NCBI GenBank assembly: GCA_000442015.1
Contig: KE560523.1
Coordinates: forward strand, 62,001-108,215
Length of the DNA: 46,215 nt
Source: Rozella allomycis CSF55
Taxonomy: Eukaryota
Reading direction: 5' to 3'
Below, piece by piece: positions 1-11,480 of the stretch. Both the position numbers and the translations under genes were made by a program. The notes under the pieces were generated by a model, which saw only the letters and a program-made list of their open reading frames with translations, had not been told where the DNA came from and ran no database searches. Within the stretch, counting starts at the first letter, position 1. The number at the start of each line of letters is the position of its first letter.

Positions 1-2001
1 GGGCGTTTCGGAGTTTGGATGTATTTGAGCATATTTTGAGTAGCTTTCAGTCCATTTATTTTCTACTCTTGAAATTAACAAATCTTTGCTTAACGATATT
101 TCTATTTTATGCGCATATGATGGACCTACCGAAAGTCTCGCAGGCCGCCCAAAGTGAAAATAGCCTATACGAGGATTCCAGCAAGCCTAACTTTGAACAA
201 ATTAATTCGAATGCTCTTGCAACTGTCACATTCTCAGATACACATATTGTAACAATAGCGTCATCGCAACATTTTACATTGATTGCCTTATTTTCGAGCA
301 TTTTTGCCTATCCGATATTTTATATTATAGTAGCATACAAGTTTTCCCGTCTTCTTTATTAGTGTGTATTTCTGAAAGGCTTCTAATGTGCATAGCAGCG
401 GACATTCATCGTCGTCTAGAAATCTGATAATGTCGCCTAAAGTATATTAATCGGGTGCAACGTACCATCTTTAGCAATGCATAATGCGTATCTTGTATAC
501 TCTTCTACTGGAATTCGGTATTTTTTCAAGATTAATTTTATGACTTCTGATGTAATATGTTCATCGGTTATTCTGAGTGTTTTCATGGGTTCCGATGGCC
601 TTATTTTATCTGCATATACTAGAAACTATAATGCATTGATCATACTTTTTATTTCTCTTATCTTTTAAATTTGAACATTTCACTTACTGTAACTGGCGAT
701 TCCGGACATGGATTAAGGTTGTGAGCTGTGGATATCCTTTTTAGTTTGAATAATCCTTTCCCTTTGGGGTCAATACTACGAGAATTATGAGTAAAAGAAT
801 TTCTTCGTCTTGTAAGATCAACAAATGCATTAGGTTCTTTAGTTTCGGATGCACTTCTGTTTCGTGCTTTAGGTATCGAGTCACCATTATTTTGACTCAT
901 TGGAAATTGATTCCCTGTAAGCTTTACAACATTTGACGTACTATAATTTGGAAATCCTTCCGCGGACTTCTTAACCAACGTGCGATCTTGTCTCCCATCA
1001 GGTATAAAAAAGTCTTCATCAAGTGACTTTATTTTCGATTTCATCTTCCCTTTGACCGTATACGCTTCATAAAATTGATTTTCCTTAATAATATTTGATA
1101 ACTTGACTGTTTCATCATCATAAACATTCGAATTGTCATTTGTCGGTACTGCATCTTCACGCTCGCAAATTACATCTAACGCAAATGATTCCATAACTTC
1201 TGTTATTCGATCCTTGAAGTTAAATATTGAATATCTCTTATCGATTTCGCTAATGTAAGATTCTGAATAATGCAATGCCTGTAACCATTGTATCCACTCA
1301 ATGTCATTGGTGAAATAGAAAGTACAGTCGTTTATTACCATGCTTGGTAAAACGGTAGCTTTATTTTCAAAAATTATGTCTTCTCTGCATAGAATGTATT
1401 CTGCTATGCTTTGTTGCATAAATTCCTTGTGCAATGTCAGAATTCCTTCAGACAGTTCCATGAAGAATGTATACAACTTAAAAAGTATGAAATTTGATAT
1501 TACCTGGTTATTTTCTGAATAATAATATAGATAGCTCATATACTCACCATTGTCAATGTTTATGTACTCATCTCTTTGTTGTAAATAGTCATTAGTATTT
1601 AGGTGTTCCAATTTTTCTGCAATATAGTAATTATACAATGCCTTTGTTAAAGCTGTTTTCCATTCATAGACTTTGGCATCCGAGATGCATTTCAGATGAA
1701 CTTCGAAAACACCAGGGACAACGATCATGAATTCGTCAGAGTCAAGGCTTTCGTTGACCTCTTTAGCCAAAAATTTTGAATTAAAAGAAAGCTATTGTTC
1801 ACTTATTAGATCAACTTTACTTGGTAACATTCCATTTCAATTTCACTCTCATCAGATGTAAATCTCAACAAGCAATTGTCTCGCAGCCAGAATATATAAA
1901 GAAAGAAATTGTTACTTGAAATAACCATACTTATAATCTGATGTCTTGTTGAATTTGTATGCCAGATAGGTTTCTATTGAATATTTTTCTATTTCAACCA
2001 T
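1..2001 (-). CDS. Multi-domain signalling scaffold: PH-like domain(s) + Ras-association (RA)-like + start of FERM-like domain; runs off the window edge
   Basis: Manual splicing (6 introns) gives MVEIEKYSIETYLAYKF..KYGYFKLRDNCLLRF..VYEWKTAL (PH-like), IKIYADKIRPSEPMKTLRIT..VIKLILKKYRI..YALC..RFLDDDECPL (RA-like) and INVKCCDD..TVARAFELICSKLGL..LFSLW (FERM-N-like). Intron 1 (1888-1915) appears to be GT-TG. Confidence 0.6.
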
Positions 2002-2091
2002 TGTTTTTGTTATGAAACGGTCAAATTAAGATGGTAACCGATACCGCGCAAAAACAGGGCAAGGAGTATTAAAAATATTTTTTATATACAT

Positions 2092-2734
2092 TTAAATAAA
2101 TCCGTTTGGGGTAATAATATGATCCAATTTAACGTCGTGGCTCTCTGTGGGAACATTTTCGATAATTTGACTGTCAAAGCAAAGTGCTACTAAAATTTGC
2201 GAGGCTTTGATCTATATTACTTGTAGTGATATCTTTTTTTTGGCCCAGGAATCGGTCGTAATACCCCATTCCGTACCCGAGACGGTGTTTACTAGTGTCG
2301 AATGCTAATCCAGGGACCAACACCAAATCAATAAAATGATTAAATGCGGTAATTTTTTGAAGAGCTTCGTTAACCTCAAATGACTTGATTCCGAATCTAT
2401 CCCGACTCAATGCTTCATATTCCTCCATACTGTTTAATTGCACCATGTGAAGCCGTTTTTCATATATAAAAGGTATCATGCATGTTTTGTTTGAAAGAAA
2501 AATATTTTCCAATATTGAATAAGTATTTATCTCATGGGGAAGGCTCAAAAACGTAGATATTGTGCGCGCTTTTTGATAGATTTTCGAATTAACTAGATGA
2601 TTTTGCACCTTCAAACCTATTCCATAATTTAATTTTATTTTACTCTGAAAATGCCTATCTTCGTCCTTCATTTGATAAAGTAGTCGCTTCATTGTATCGC
2701 GAAGCTCTTTTTTTGCTACCTTTATGGAATCCAT
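2092..2734 (-). CDS. MTHFS: 5-formyltetrahydrofolate cyclo-ligase
   Basis: IDLVLVPGLAFD..RLGYGMGYYDRFL motif and C-terminal VPTESHDVKLDHIITP after splicing 2 introns. Confidence 0.93.
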
Positions 2735-2827
2735 TTATTATATAATGTATAAACTGTCTTGGATATTTTAAAAATGACATTACTACATATTTATAGTGCC
2801 ACTTTACAAGCAAAGACTCAGCCACTT

Positions 2828-4450
2828 ATGCAAAGTAACCAACAGAATAGTCTATCTTGTCCACACTGTAGTTCTGTTGATATTGAAATTAACGGAGCTG
2901 AAGGAATAGCCTTTTGCTCCAATTGTGGAACCGTAAGATAATGATAAAGCAACAAATCAGGTGTTGGAAGAAAATACTATTGTTTCGGAAGTTACGTTTC
3001 AAGAATTAGGAAACGGAGGAACAGCATTACAAGGGCAGTTTGTTTCTGCTGATGGTGGTTTAAGAATGATGAATAATCCATTTGGAAAAAGATTAAATGC
3101 ACAAGAATCAAGACAAGTAACTATAGGGATTGGAAGGAGGAGAATTCAAATGTTAGCCTCTGTTGTAAAGTTAAATGAGCATCACGTCGATATGGCACAC
3201 AGATGGTTTATATTAGCGTTAGAAAATAACTTTACTAGAGGCAGAAAGGCTCAAAATGTTGCGGCAGCCTGTTTATATATTGTTTGCAGGACTGAAAAAA
3301 CCTCTCGTAATTAGAAATTGTTTTTGTTAAAAGATTTATTGATAGATTTCGCTGAAGCTTTGAGAACAAATGTCTATTATTTAGGGAATACTTTTCTTAA
3401 ATTGACGCGTGTTTTAAGCGTTGAAATTCCTTTAATAGATCCATCATTGTATATTCCAAGGTTTGCTGCAAAATTGGATTTTGGTGAGAACACGCAAGTT
3501 GTGACAAATACAGCACTACGACTGGTTTCAAGAATGAAGAGAGATTGGCTGCAAGTTGGAAGGCGCCCAAATGGTCTTTGCGGAGCAAGTAATAAATAGT
3601 GATAAAATTGAAAGGTTTATTGATTGCAGCAAGAATGAATGAAATAACAAATCTTGATCCCAATGAAGTCGCCAAAGTCGTTAAAGTTTGTCTTGGAACA
3701 ATACGAAAACGCTTAAAAGAATTTCAACAAACCCCATCAGCGAAACTTACTGTGGAAGAATTTAATGATGTTTGGTTAGAACAGGAATCGAATCCACCTT
3801 GCTTTAAAACTGAAGAAATCACTAATAAAGTTATAGATTCATTAGATGGGGTAGATGAAGCTGTTGATGATGATCTAATAGTTCCAACAAAAATTCTTCA
3901 AATTAAAAACGAAAATTCACAAAATCTTTTGGCGCCATTGTCACAAAAACAAAAGGAAATCTTAGAAGTCCCTGATGATGAAGTAGAATGGTCAGATTTA
4001 GATGATGATGAAGTTTCCACATGTTTATTAAATCAATTCGAAATTGAGCTTCGTACAAATGTCTGGACTGATTTAAACAAAGATTATTTGGAGGAACAAA
4101 TGGAGAAGAGGAAATTAGAAACTGATACAAAAGATGTCGTAAAGGTTAAAAAGCCAAGGAAGAAAAGAGAGAAAAAAGAACCAATCGAGGCTGCGACTGC
4201 TGAAGAAGCCGCAAGGCAAACTTTAGCAAAGAAATTTTCCAAAAAGATAAATTACGACGCCCTCTCTGACATGTTCAAACCTGTTACACCTGATTCTGCA
4301 ATTAATTCACCAAATATCCAAAAAGCAAGTCCAAACGATGAAGCTCTTGAAGAGTCTGAAGTAGAAGATGAAATAGAAGATTCTGGCAATTATTCTTCTG
4401 CAAGAAAAGCTTTAGGTTATAACAACTTTGAAGATGAAGATTTTGATTAA
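2828..4450 (+). CDS. BRF1: TFIIIB subunit Brf1
   Basis: Zn ribbon CPHC..CSNCGTVLEENTIVSEVTF, cyclin folds (GRRPNGLCGA), C-terminal KKFSKKINYDAL; 3 introns. Alternative in-frame ATG at 2774. Confidence 0.95.
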
Positions 4451-4545
4451 AATTAATAAAGAATGCATTTCTATTTTATTGCTACATTTATTCACATTTT
4501 CACAATATTTATTTTATTCACAATATTTACTTTATTCATGACCTT

Positions 4546-5318
4546 CTATTCACGTTCTTCTTTTGGATAATATGATTGTTGTTCAAGCTCGTCTAGTTCA
4601 TCCCACCTGCTTTTAATCATTTTTCTTATTTGAACCGCCTTGGCAGCTGGGTATTCCTCCTCCAATAGTTTTCCAGTTATTTTCACAAAGTTTCTGTAGG
4701 ATTTTTGTTTCCAAAACTTAGGAACGCCTTCCAACAGGGTAGAATTATTACTTTTCGGTGCTGTTAGATTGAAGCTAGAAAGGTCTGATTCGACCTTTAA
4801 TGCTTCATAATCTGAGTCAATATCAATAAAATTGCCAATAAAGTCAGATTCTGAAGATACACCATCACTGTGACTTTCATGAGAATATTGGGATTCACTC
4901 ATTAATTTAAAGCTACTTTCGCTTAATTCATTTTCATTTATTTCATTTCCTTCCGAATTCAGCGGCAACGTTTGATCAAAATAATCAGAGTCCTCTTGCT
5001 CCAATATTTTTAAAACAAATTTATATTTTGAAGGCAACAATTCAATATACTCACCATTCTTGATAATATATCTCTTTCCCTTTTCCATAATTTGATCCAT
5101 AAAATGAGATGGATTCAAACCAAGTGTTTCAATATAACAAGATTCATTATTCCAAAATATGCACACTTTAATAAAGATCACGGCTAAAAATTACCTTGCT
5201 TTCGAGAAACGTTTGGATCAGATATTCCTAATAAGTTTGATCTTCCCAAAAAATACGGAGTTTCTTTAGGTATATCATAATCTTCATCTTTATAGGTTAC
5301 TTTGACTGTTGATAACAT
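4546..5318 (-). CDS. PNKP/aprataxin-type FHA domain protein with acidic linker and C-terminal HMG-box-like region
   Basis: Spliced N-terminus FLGRSNLLGISDPNVSRKQVCI..LGLNPS (FHA GR/SR/NP signature); C-terminus SYRNFVK..EEYP..IRKMIKSRWDELDELEQQSY. Confidence 0.65.
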
Positions 5319-5357
5319 TTCAAAGTGCAACCATGAAATTCCAAAAAAATATTTTGT

Positions 5358-5926
5358 ATGATAAGAATTGAATTTTCTGATAATCCTAATGAAGAATTAA
5401 AATCATGGATGATAAACTTGATCGAAGAAAATGCCAGAGGTGACTATGAAACCTCTGAAGAAGGCTGGGATCGGGACAAAAAACTGAGAGAAATAAGTCA
5501 CCCGGAAGCCAAATATTTATATGTTTACCATTCAGATAATGCCATATTACCGATTGGATTCTCACATTACAGAATTGAAGATGAGGAAAGGTTAAAAGGG
5601 GGGACAAGAAAGGTTTTGTACATGTAAATCATACCATCTTAACATCATATAGTTACGAAATTCATTTCATGGCGCAATATACAGGGAAAGGATTCGGGTC
5701 AACATTGATGGAGAATTTAGAACAACTGGGTAGCCAAAATGGAGTCTCCGATTTAATGCTAACAGTCTTTAAGAGAAATAATTATGCTCTATCATTTTAC
5801 AAAAAACGAGGGTAAGGATAATCAAATCATGAAATCAGATTTATTAAAGATGAGCTGTCACCTGAAGATAAATCATACATGATTTTATCCAAACCTATGC
5901 GAAGAAGAAGAATCAAATATATCTAA
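5358..5926 (+). CDS. NAA40: N-alpha-acetyltransferase 40 (NatD), GNAT family
   Basis: GWDRDKKLREI, GFSHYR, LYIYEIH..GKGFG, LMLTVFKRN..ALSFY; 2 introns. Confidence 0.85.
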
Positions 5927-5991
5927 ACATTGGTTGGCGTGATCGAAATAAATTTGGACATTAAACTTAGCCACTGTTTCAAAATTTCAAA

Positions 5992-6380
5992 ATGTAAAGA
6001 TATCTAGTTTCCCAAAGTAGGAACTCTTATCCCAACGGAAACACTTCAACTTCCAAAACAGAAACCGTTAAAGCCCAAATAAATGAAGTTGTTGGCATTA
6101 TGCAGCAAAATATACAAAAAGTAGCAGAAAGAGGAGAAAACTTGAGCTCACTCACCGCAAAAACAGGTTAGTTTTATGTGCTTGCATTATTCTAGATCAT
6201 TTACAAGCCAGCTCGCTACAATTTAATCGTACTGCAACACGGGTTCGAAAAAACCTTTGGTGGCAACAATTTAGACTAAAATTAATAATATCTGCAATTA
6301 TCTTCATTATAATTCTTGTGATTATAGCCACTTTGTTGCCAGCTAATCAAAATCATGAAGCCAAGGAAATTGGAGAATAG
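5992..6380 (+). CDS. Synaptobrevin/VAMP R-SNARE, paralogue 1 (not in ORF track)
   Basis: AT|intron 5994-6020|G gives MNSYPN..EVVGIMQQNIQKVAERGENLSSL..FNRTATRVRKNLWWQ plus a TM helix. Confidence 0.9.
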
Positions 6381-6499
6381 AAATTTGAAAAAGGAAATCG
6401 TTACTTTATTTATTATTTTACTCAAGACTCAATAAATTTTTTATTAAGCGTTAATTCATTTTTCTAACAATCATTCTTGTGGCTCAGTCAAAAAAAGAA

Positions 6500-7300
6500 A
6501 TGCCCAAGTCAAAACGTTCAAAGTCTGGTAATCACTTGCTTAAATCACTAAAAAGTTGTGTTAACCCAAACAAAGAAAAAAGGGAATGACAACAAGATAA
6601 ATCTTATAGAAGAAGTACGTTTAATCTTTGTTTTTGAAAAAGGTTCGCAAATGCATAGATGAATATCCTATAATCTATCTCATAAAAGTGAAAAATATGA
6701 GAAATCAATATTTGAAAGAAGTTAGAACCGACTGGAAAGGATCCAGGTAAATTTGACATTTATTATGGAAAGATTTTTCTTTGGCAAGAACAGGGTCATG
6801 GCCAAGGCTTTGGGAACTACAGAAGATGAAGCTATTCACGAAAATTTACATATTTTAGCGAATGTAATAACTTTTTATTTTATCAAGACTAGAAATTGAC
6901 TGGTGATGTTGGTCTATTATTTTCGTCCACTAAACCAGAAGAGGCGAAGAACTATTTTGAAGGCAAAACTGAAACTGATTATGCAAGAACTGGGCAGATC
7001 GCTACTGAAACTGTTGTTTTGCCATCAGGTCCAGTTTTGATAGCGGGTGATGCGTTCCCCCATTCGATGGAGCCTCAACTTAAGTCCCTTGGAGTTACAT
7101 CTTCCCTTAAAAATGGTATTTTAATTTCATTTTTTTAATTAGGTGTTGTTATTAATGAGTGCGATTATACAATTTGTAAGGAAGGAGATGTTTTGACCTC
7201 ATCTCAAGCTAGATTATTGAAAATGTTTTGTATTCCAATGTCTGAATTTCGTGTAGATGTTTTGGGTTACTATTCTGAAGGAAAATACTATGATTTATAA
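6500..7300 (+). CDS. MRT4: Ribosome assembly factor Mrt4
   Basis: [44 protein letters not shown]; 5 introns. Confidence 0.93.
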
Positions 7301-7375
7301 ATAAATGCATTTAAACATTTAAACGTTCTGGAGTTCTTTCCTGTTCTGTTTGGCCACTGCGCCTCGCTTTCAAAA

Positions 7376-7903
7376 ATGTCACAAGATCATACAAGAGCAC
7401 CATGGTAATTTAGTTTCCTCAATTGTTCATAATAGCCCATGGAGAATACTTGAAGATTTTGGAGGTGCATTTAGTATGGGTGTCGTTGGTAGTGGAATTT
7501 GGAATTTTGCAAGTGGTTTTATGAATGCCCCAAAAGTATTGCAAACTCTAAATAGTTTACAAAGGGAAAAAGATTAGCAGGGAGTCTAAATGCGATGAAA
7601 ACACATGCCCCAATTAGAGGGGGCCAGTTCGCCGCATGGGGAGGTCTTTATTCTGCCTTTGATTGTACATTAATGCAAATACGTGGAAAAGAAGATCCTT
7701 GGAACGCAATCATGAGCGGGGCTTTAGCAGGAGGCGTTATTCAAGCCAGAAAAGGTTGGTCTGCTATATTGGTTTCTGCTTTCGCTGGAGGCCTGATTTT
7801 GGGAGTTATCGAAGGGGTAGGAATAGCGATTAATCGGGCAATGTCTGGAATGCATGCGCCTGTTGCTCCAATGCTTCCAGAAACAGCCCACGCTACAGCA
7901 TAA
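7376..7903 (+). CDS. TIM17: Mitochondrial import translocase Tim17
   Basis: [45 protein letters not shown]; 2 introns. Confidence 0.95.
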
Positions 7904-8023
7904 AACATTGTGACGTCCTTTTTTCATATGTGTAATAAATAATTGTTCTTGATTTTTTTAATTACATTAAGCCCGCGCAGAATAGTAAACATTGGTAGTT
8001 AAGAGCTTAAGATATTTCCAAAA

Positions 8024-8444
8024 ATGTAATCATTTCAATTCGTTCACAAAAGGCCACCAACACCCGCAAAACAACAAGGAAATACAGAGAATGCCAAAAC
8101 TACGCAAGTCAAACAACAAGTCGATGAGGTGGTAGGAATAATGCAAAACAACATTCAACTTGTCATGGACAGAGGAGAGCAATTAGAATCCCTTCAAACA
8201 AAAACTGGTAATTAAATGGATGTTATCTTCAGAAGACAATCTACAACAAGGTGCGCTTCAATTTAAAAAGGGTGCCAATAACTTGAGGAAGCAAATGTGG
8301 TGGAAGAATATGAAGTTAAATTTAATAATTGCCACGATAGTTATTATAGTATTAGCATTAATAATATGTAACTGAATTAATTCTAGAAAATTAGTCTTTG
8401 CGATTCCCAAAGATAACACTAGTTCAGGAAATACTAATAAATAG
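8024..8444 (+). CDS. Synaptobrevin/VAMP R-SNARE, paralogue 2 (not in ORF track)
   Basis: AT|intron 8026-8052|G; QVDEVVGIMQNNIQLVMDRGEQLESL..FKKGANNLRKQMWWKNMK plus TM; 3 introns. Confidence 0.92.
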
Positions 8445-8535
8445 GAAATAAACATAGTTTTCATTTTTACGTCCAATTTCTCAAAGTTCCATTTATTGCG
8501 TTCGGTTTAAAGGGAAATATTTGGCCTACATTACT

Positions 8536-8769
8536 TTAATTATCGTTAATATTTTTCGAACCACGATGCTTCTAAATTTAAAGATTAGATTTATCTGTTA
8601 CTATACGATTAAATAAGAATTTTCGCCTAAAATGAAAATAGAGTGATAATTACCTTTCAGCTGCTTTTTTGTTCCTCAGTTGAGGCGTATCTAAAGAATT
8701 TAATGCTTTAAATCTATCCAAAAATAGGCCATCATTAGAAAACACATTTTTAACAGCTTCTTTCTTCAT
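8536..8769 (-). CDS. Small (~58 aa) protein with NxFxNDGxFL motif (TRIR/C19orf43-like)
   Basis: Two canonical introns give MKKEAVKNVFSNDGLFLDRFKAL..ERRKFLFNRIKHRGSK; family recalled from the motif only. Confidence 0.45.
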
Positions 8770-8865
8770 AAAAGGTTTAGCCACAATCGATGCTAAAAGC
8801 CTATCAAAAAGCTTGATATTCGACAAATATATAGTGGATGATAAAAAAGTCTAATTGTTTTTTCA

Positions 8866-9278
8866 ATGGTTAATTTGGAGGAAAAAAGAGTTGAATTCAT
8901 TCAAGATTTAATATCCGCCTGTTCGAAGGCTGCTGGTGCGTGTGCAGTAAGAATCATAAAATTTCATAGACATATGGTGTGTTCTCAAAGGGCTACAGAA
9001 CAGGGCATAGGATGCTGGGCACAGTGCAGGGCTTCAGCAGGTAATTGTGTCAACTGTGGACCATTTAGAATTGCTTAAATGCACAATGGAGTTAATAGCT
9101 GTTAAGGATCCCTTGCTAGATGAGTTAAGGCCTATAGTTTATAAGGCTTTGCAAAGATCGGCAGATTATTGTATTAAGGTACATGCAATCAATCATTTTA
9201 AAAAAGCACGACAATTGGCATTGTCAGCTATGCGCAAAAGAATCTCTTAATGCGATTAATTATTTGAAGCAGTTGTGA
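8866..9278 (+). CDS. Cys-rich four-helix-bundle protein, Csp3/YhjQ (DUF326) copper-storage-like, 108 aa
   Basis: After removing introns 8947-8976 (GT-TG), ~9041-9068 and 9179-9206: ..LISACSKAAGACAVC..GCWAQCRASAEL..DPLLDEL..YCIKHDNWHCQLCAKES. Confidence 0.65.
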
Positions 9279-9333
9279 TGAATAAATGATATTTTTTTCG
9301 ATTATGTAAGTTAAAATTCGAAATTTCCTTTGT

Positions 9334-9892
9334 ATGAGTTTTGTTCCACCGTTAAACTTTGCCCAAGTATTACCAGGTGTTTATAGATCTGGCTATCCCA
9401 ATAAGAGAAATCACGGGTTTTTAAAGAAGTTAAAACTAAAATCAATTTTGTATAATTTGCAAAGATAATTCATTCAGATATCTATGTCCAGATAGTTATA
9501 CCAAAGACAACGAAGTATTTGTTAATGAAGAGGGTATAAGATTTTTTCATTGCCAGTTAACTGGAAACAAGGTAAAGATGGTAAAAGATCCATTTGCGAG
9601 GAACCATTTGTTGAGATTGACAGAAATGATATAACAAAAGCGTTAAGCATAATTTTGGACACGGAAAACCTCCCCATCTTGGTTCATTGTAATAAGGGAA
9701 AGGTATCGTTTTCCATTTTGTGAAAAGTAGCACAGAGTTGGATGCGTCGTGGCAGCTCTTAGGAAAATTCATGGATGGTCTTTGACAAGTATATTTGATG
9801 AGTATGAACGATTTGCTGGTGCCAAAGTGAGAATTGCGGATCTTGAATTCATTGAACTTTTTGTGCCAAATCTAACGTCCTTAACGCATTAA
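9334..9892 (+). CDS. Siw14/Oca-family atypical dual-specificity phosphatase
   Basis: VPPLNFAQV..GVYRSGYP, HCNKGKHRVG catalytic loop, WSLTSIFDEYERFAG; 3 introns. Confidence 0.9.
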
Positions 9893-9990
9893 TAAAATAA
9901 ATGTAATTTAAAATTAAAACATGTTTAATTATTTTTTCTCTTTATTCGGTTAAAATAGTCGGTTGACCCTGGCCTTAAAACTAGAAAAAG

Positions 9991-11432
9991 ATGGCAGACA
10001 ACACAGACGAACAAAACATTGAAATGTGGAAAATTCGGAAGCTAATAAAAAATCTGAATGACGCTAAAGGGTAAGTCAAAGTTTTTAGGCAATAGGATAG
10101 TGCAGGAACTTCTATGATATCTTTGATATTACCACCCAAGGATCAAGTTTCTAGAGCTCAAAAGATGTTGACTGATGAATATGGGACAGCATCTAATATT
10201 AAAAGTAGAGTGAATAGACAGTCAGTGTTATCTGCCATTACATCTGTGCAACAGAGATTGAAATTGTACAAAAATGGTAATATTATGTATATGAAATAAG
10301 CAAAGTACCAACCAATGGCCTTGTTCTTTATTGTGGAACTGTTTTAACTGAGGACGGAAAAGAAAAGAAAGTTTCTATAGATTTTGAACCGTTCAAGCCC
10401 ATTAATACATCCTTGTATCTTTGCGACAATAAGTTTCACACTGAGCCATTAAGCGAGTTGTTAGAATCTGATGCTAAATTTGGGTTTATCGTCATGGACG
10501 GTAACGGTGTGTTGTTTGGAGCTCTGACTGGAAACACAAGAGAAGTTATTCACCGTTTACAAATTGATTTACCAAAAAAGCACGGTAAGAACATTTAATG
10601 AAATATAAAAGGTCGTGGTGGTCAATCTGCACTTCGTTTTGCACGTTTGAGAACAGAAAAGAGAGCCAACTACGTTAGAAAGGTTGCGGAATTAGCAACG
10701 CAATTTTTCATTACCAATGATCGACCAAATGTTGCAGGGTTAGTTCTTGCTGGTTCTGCAGATTTTAAAACCGACTTGAAAAAATCTGATTTGTTTGATC
10801 AAAGATTGCAACCAAAAGTTGTCGCAATAGTCGATGTTCAATATGGAGGTGAGGATGGATTCAACCAAGCCATTAATCTCTCTCAGGAAGTTCTCAGCAA
10901 TGTGAAATTTATCAAAGAAAAGAAATTATTGGAACAATTTTTTGAATTGATTTCTCAAGGACAACCATTGATTTCTTATGGGCTGAGCGATACTTATAAA
11001 GTAAAACATGTTTTTCCTTTTAAAAAGGCATTGGAAATGGGCGCAGTGGAAACTTTAATTGTTTGGGAAAATCTTGATATAATGCGCGTCACTTTAAGAA
11101 ATAGTCAACTTGGAACTGAAAAGGTTGTTCATTTAACGAAAGAACAAGAATTGGTTCGCGAGAACTTTATGGAAAATGGTCAAGAGTTGGATGTTGTTGA
11201 CCGTGTTTTGTTTGTTGAATGGTTGACCCAGTCGGAAGAAGGCCAACCTGCAAATTACAAACAATTCGGTGCTACTCTTCAATTCGTATCAGACAAATCT
11301 CAGTACGGTTCTCAGTTCGTCAAGGGCTTCTCTGGAGTCGGCGCCATTTTACGCTACAGTGTTGATTTTATGAATTTACAAGATCAAGGAGACTTTTTAG
11401 AAGATGATGATGATTATGATGATTACTACTAA
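9991..11432 (+). CDS. SUP45: Eukaryotic peptide chain release factor eRF1
   Basis: GTS, TASNIKS, YLCDNKF and GRGGQS motifs intact; 4 introns. Confidence 0.98.
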
Positions 11433-11480
11433 TTTATTTTAATAAATCTGCAATTCTTTTGTCTTTCTGCTTCGCCACAT

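Noticed and set aside
9991-11432. Alternative genetic code or stop readthrough as the explanation for fragmented ORFs
   Set aside because: eRF1 stop-recognition motifs are standard and tRNA-Trp has a normal 5-bp anticodon stem. TAA, TAG and TGA all end genes, and the breaks are explained by mini-introns, many of them frame-shifting.
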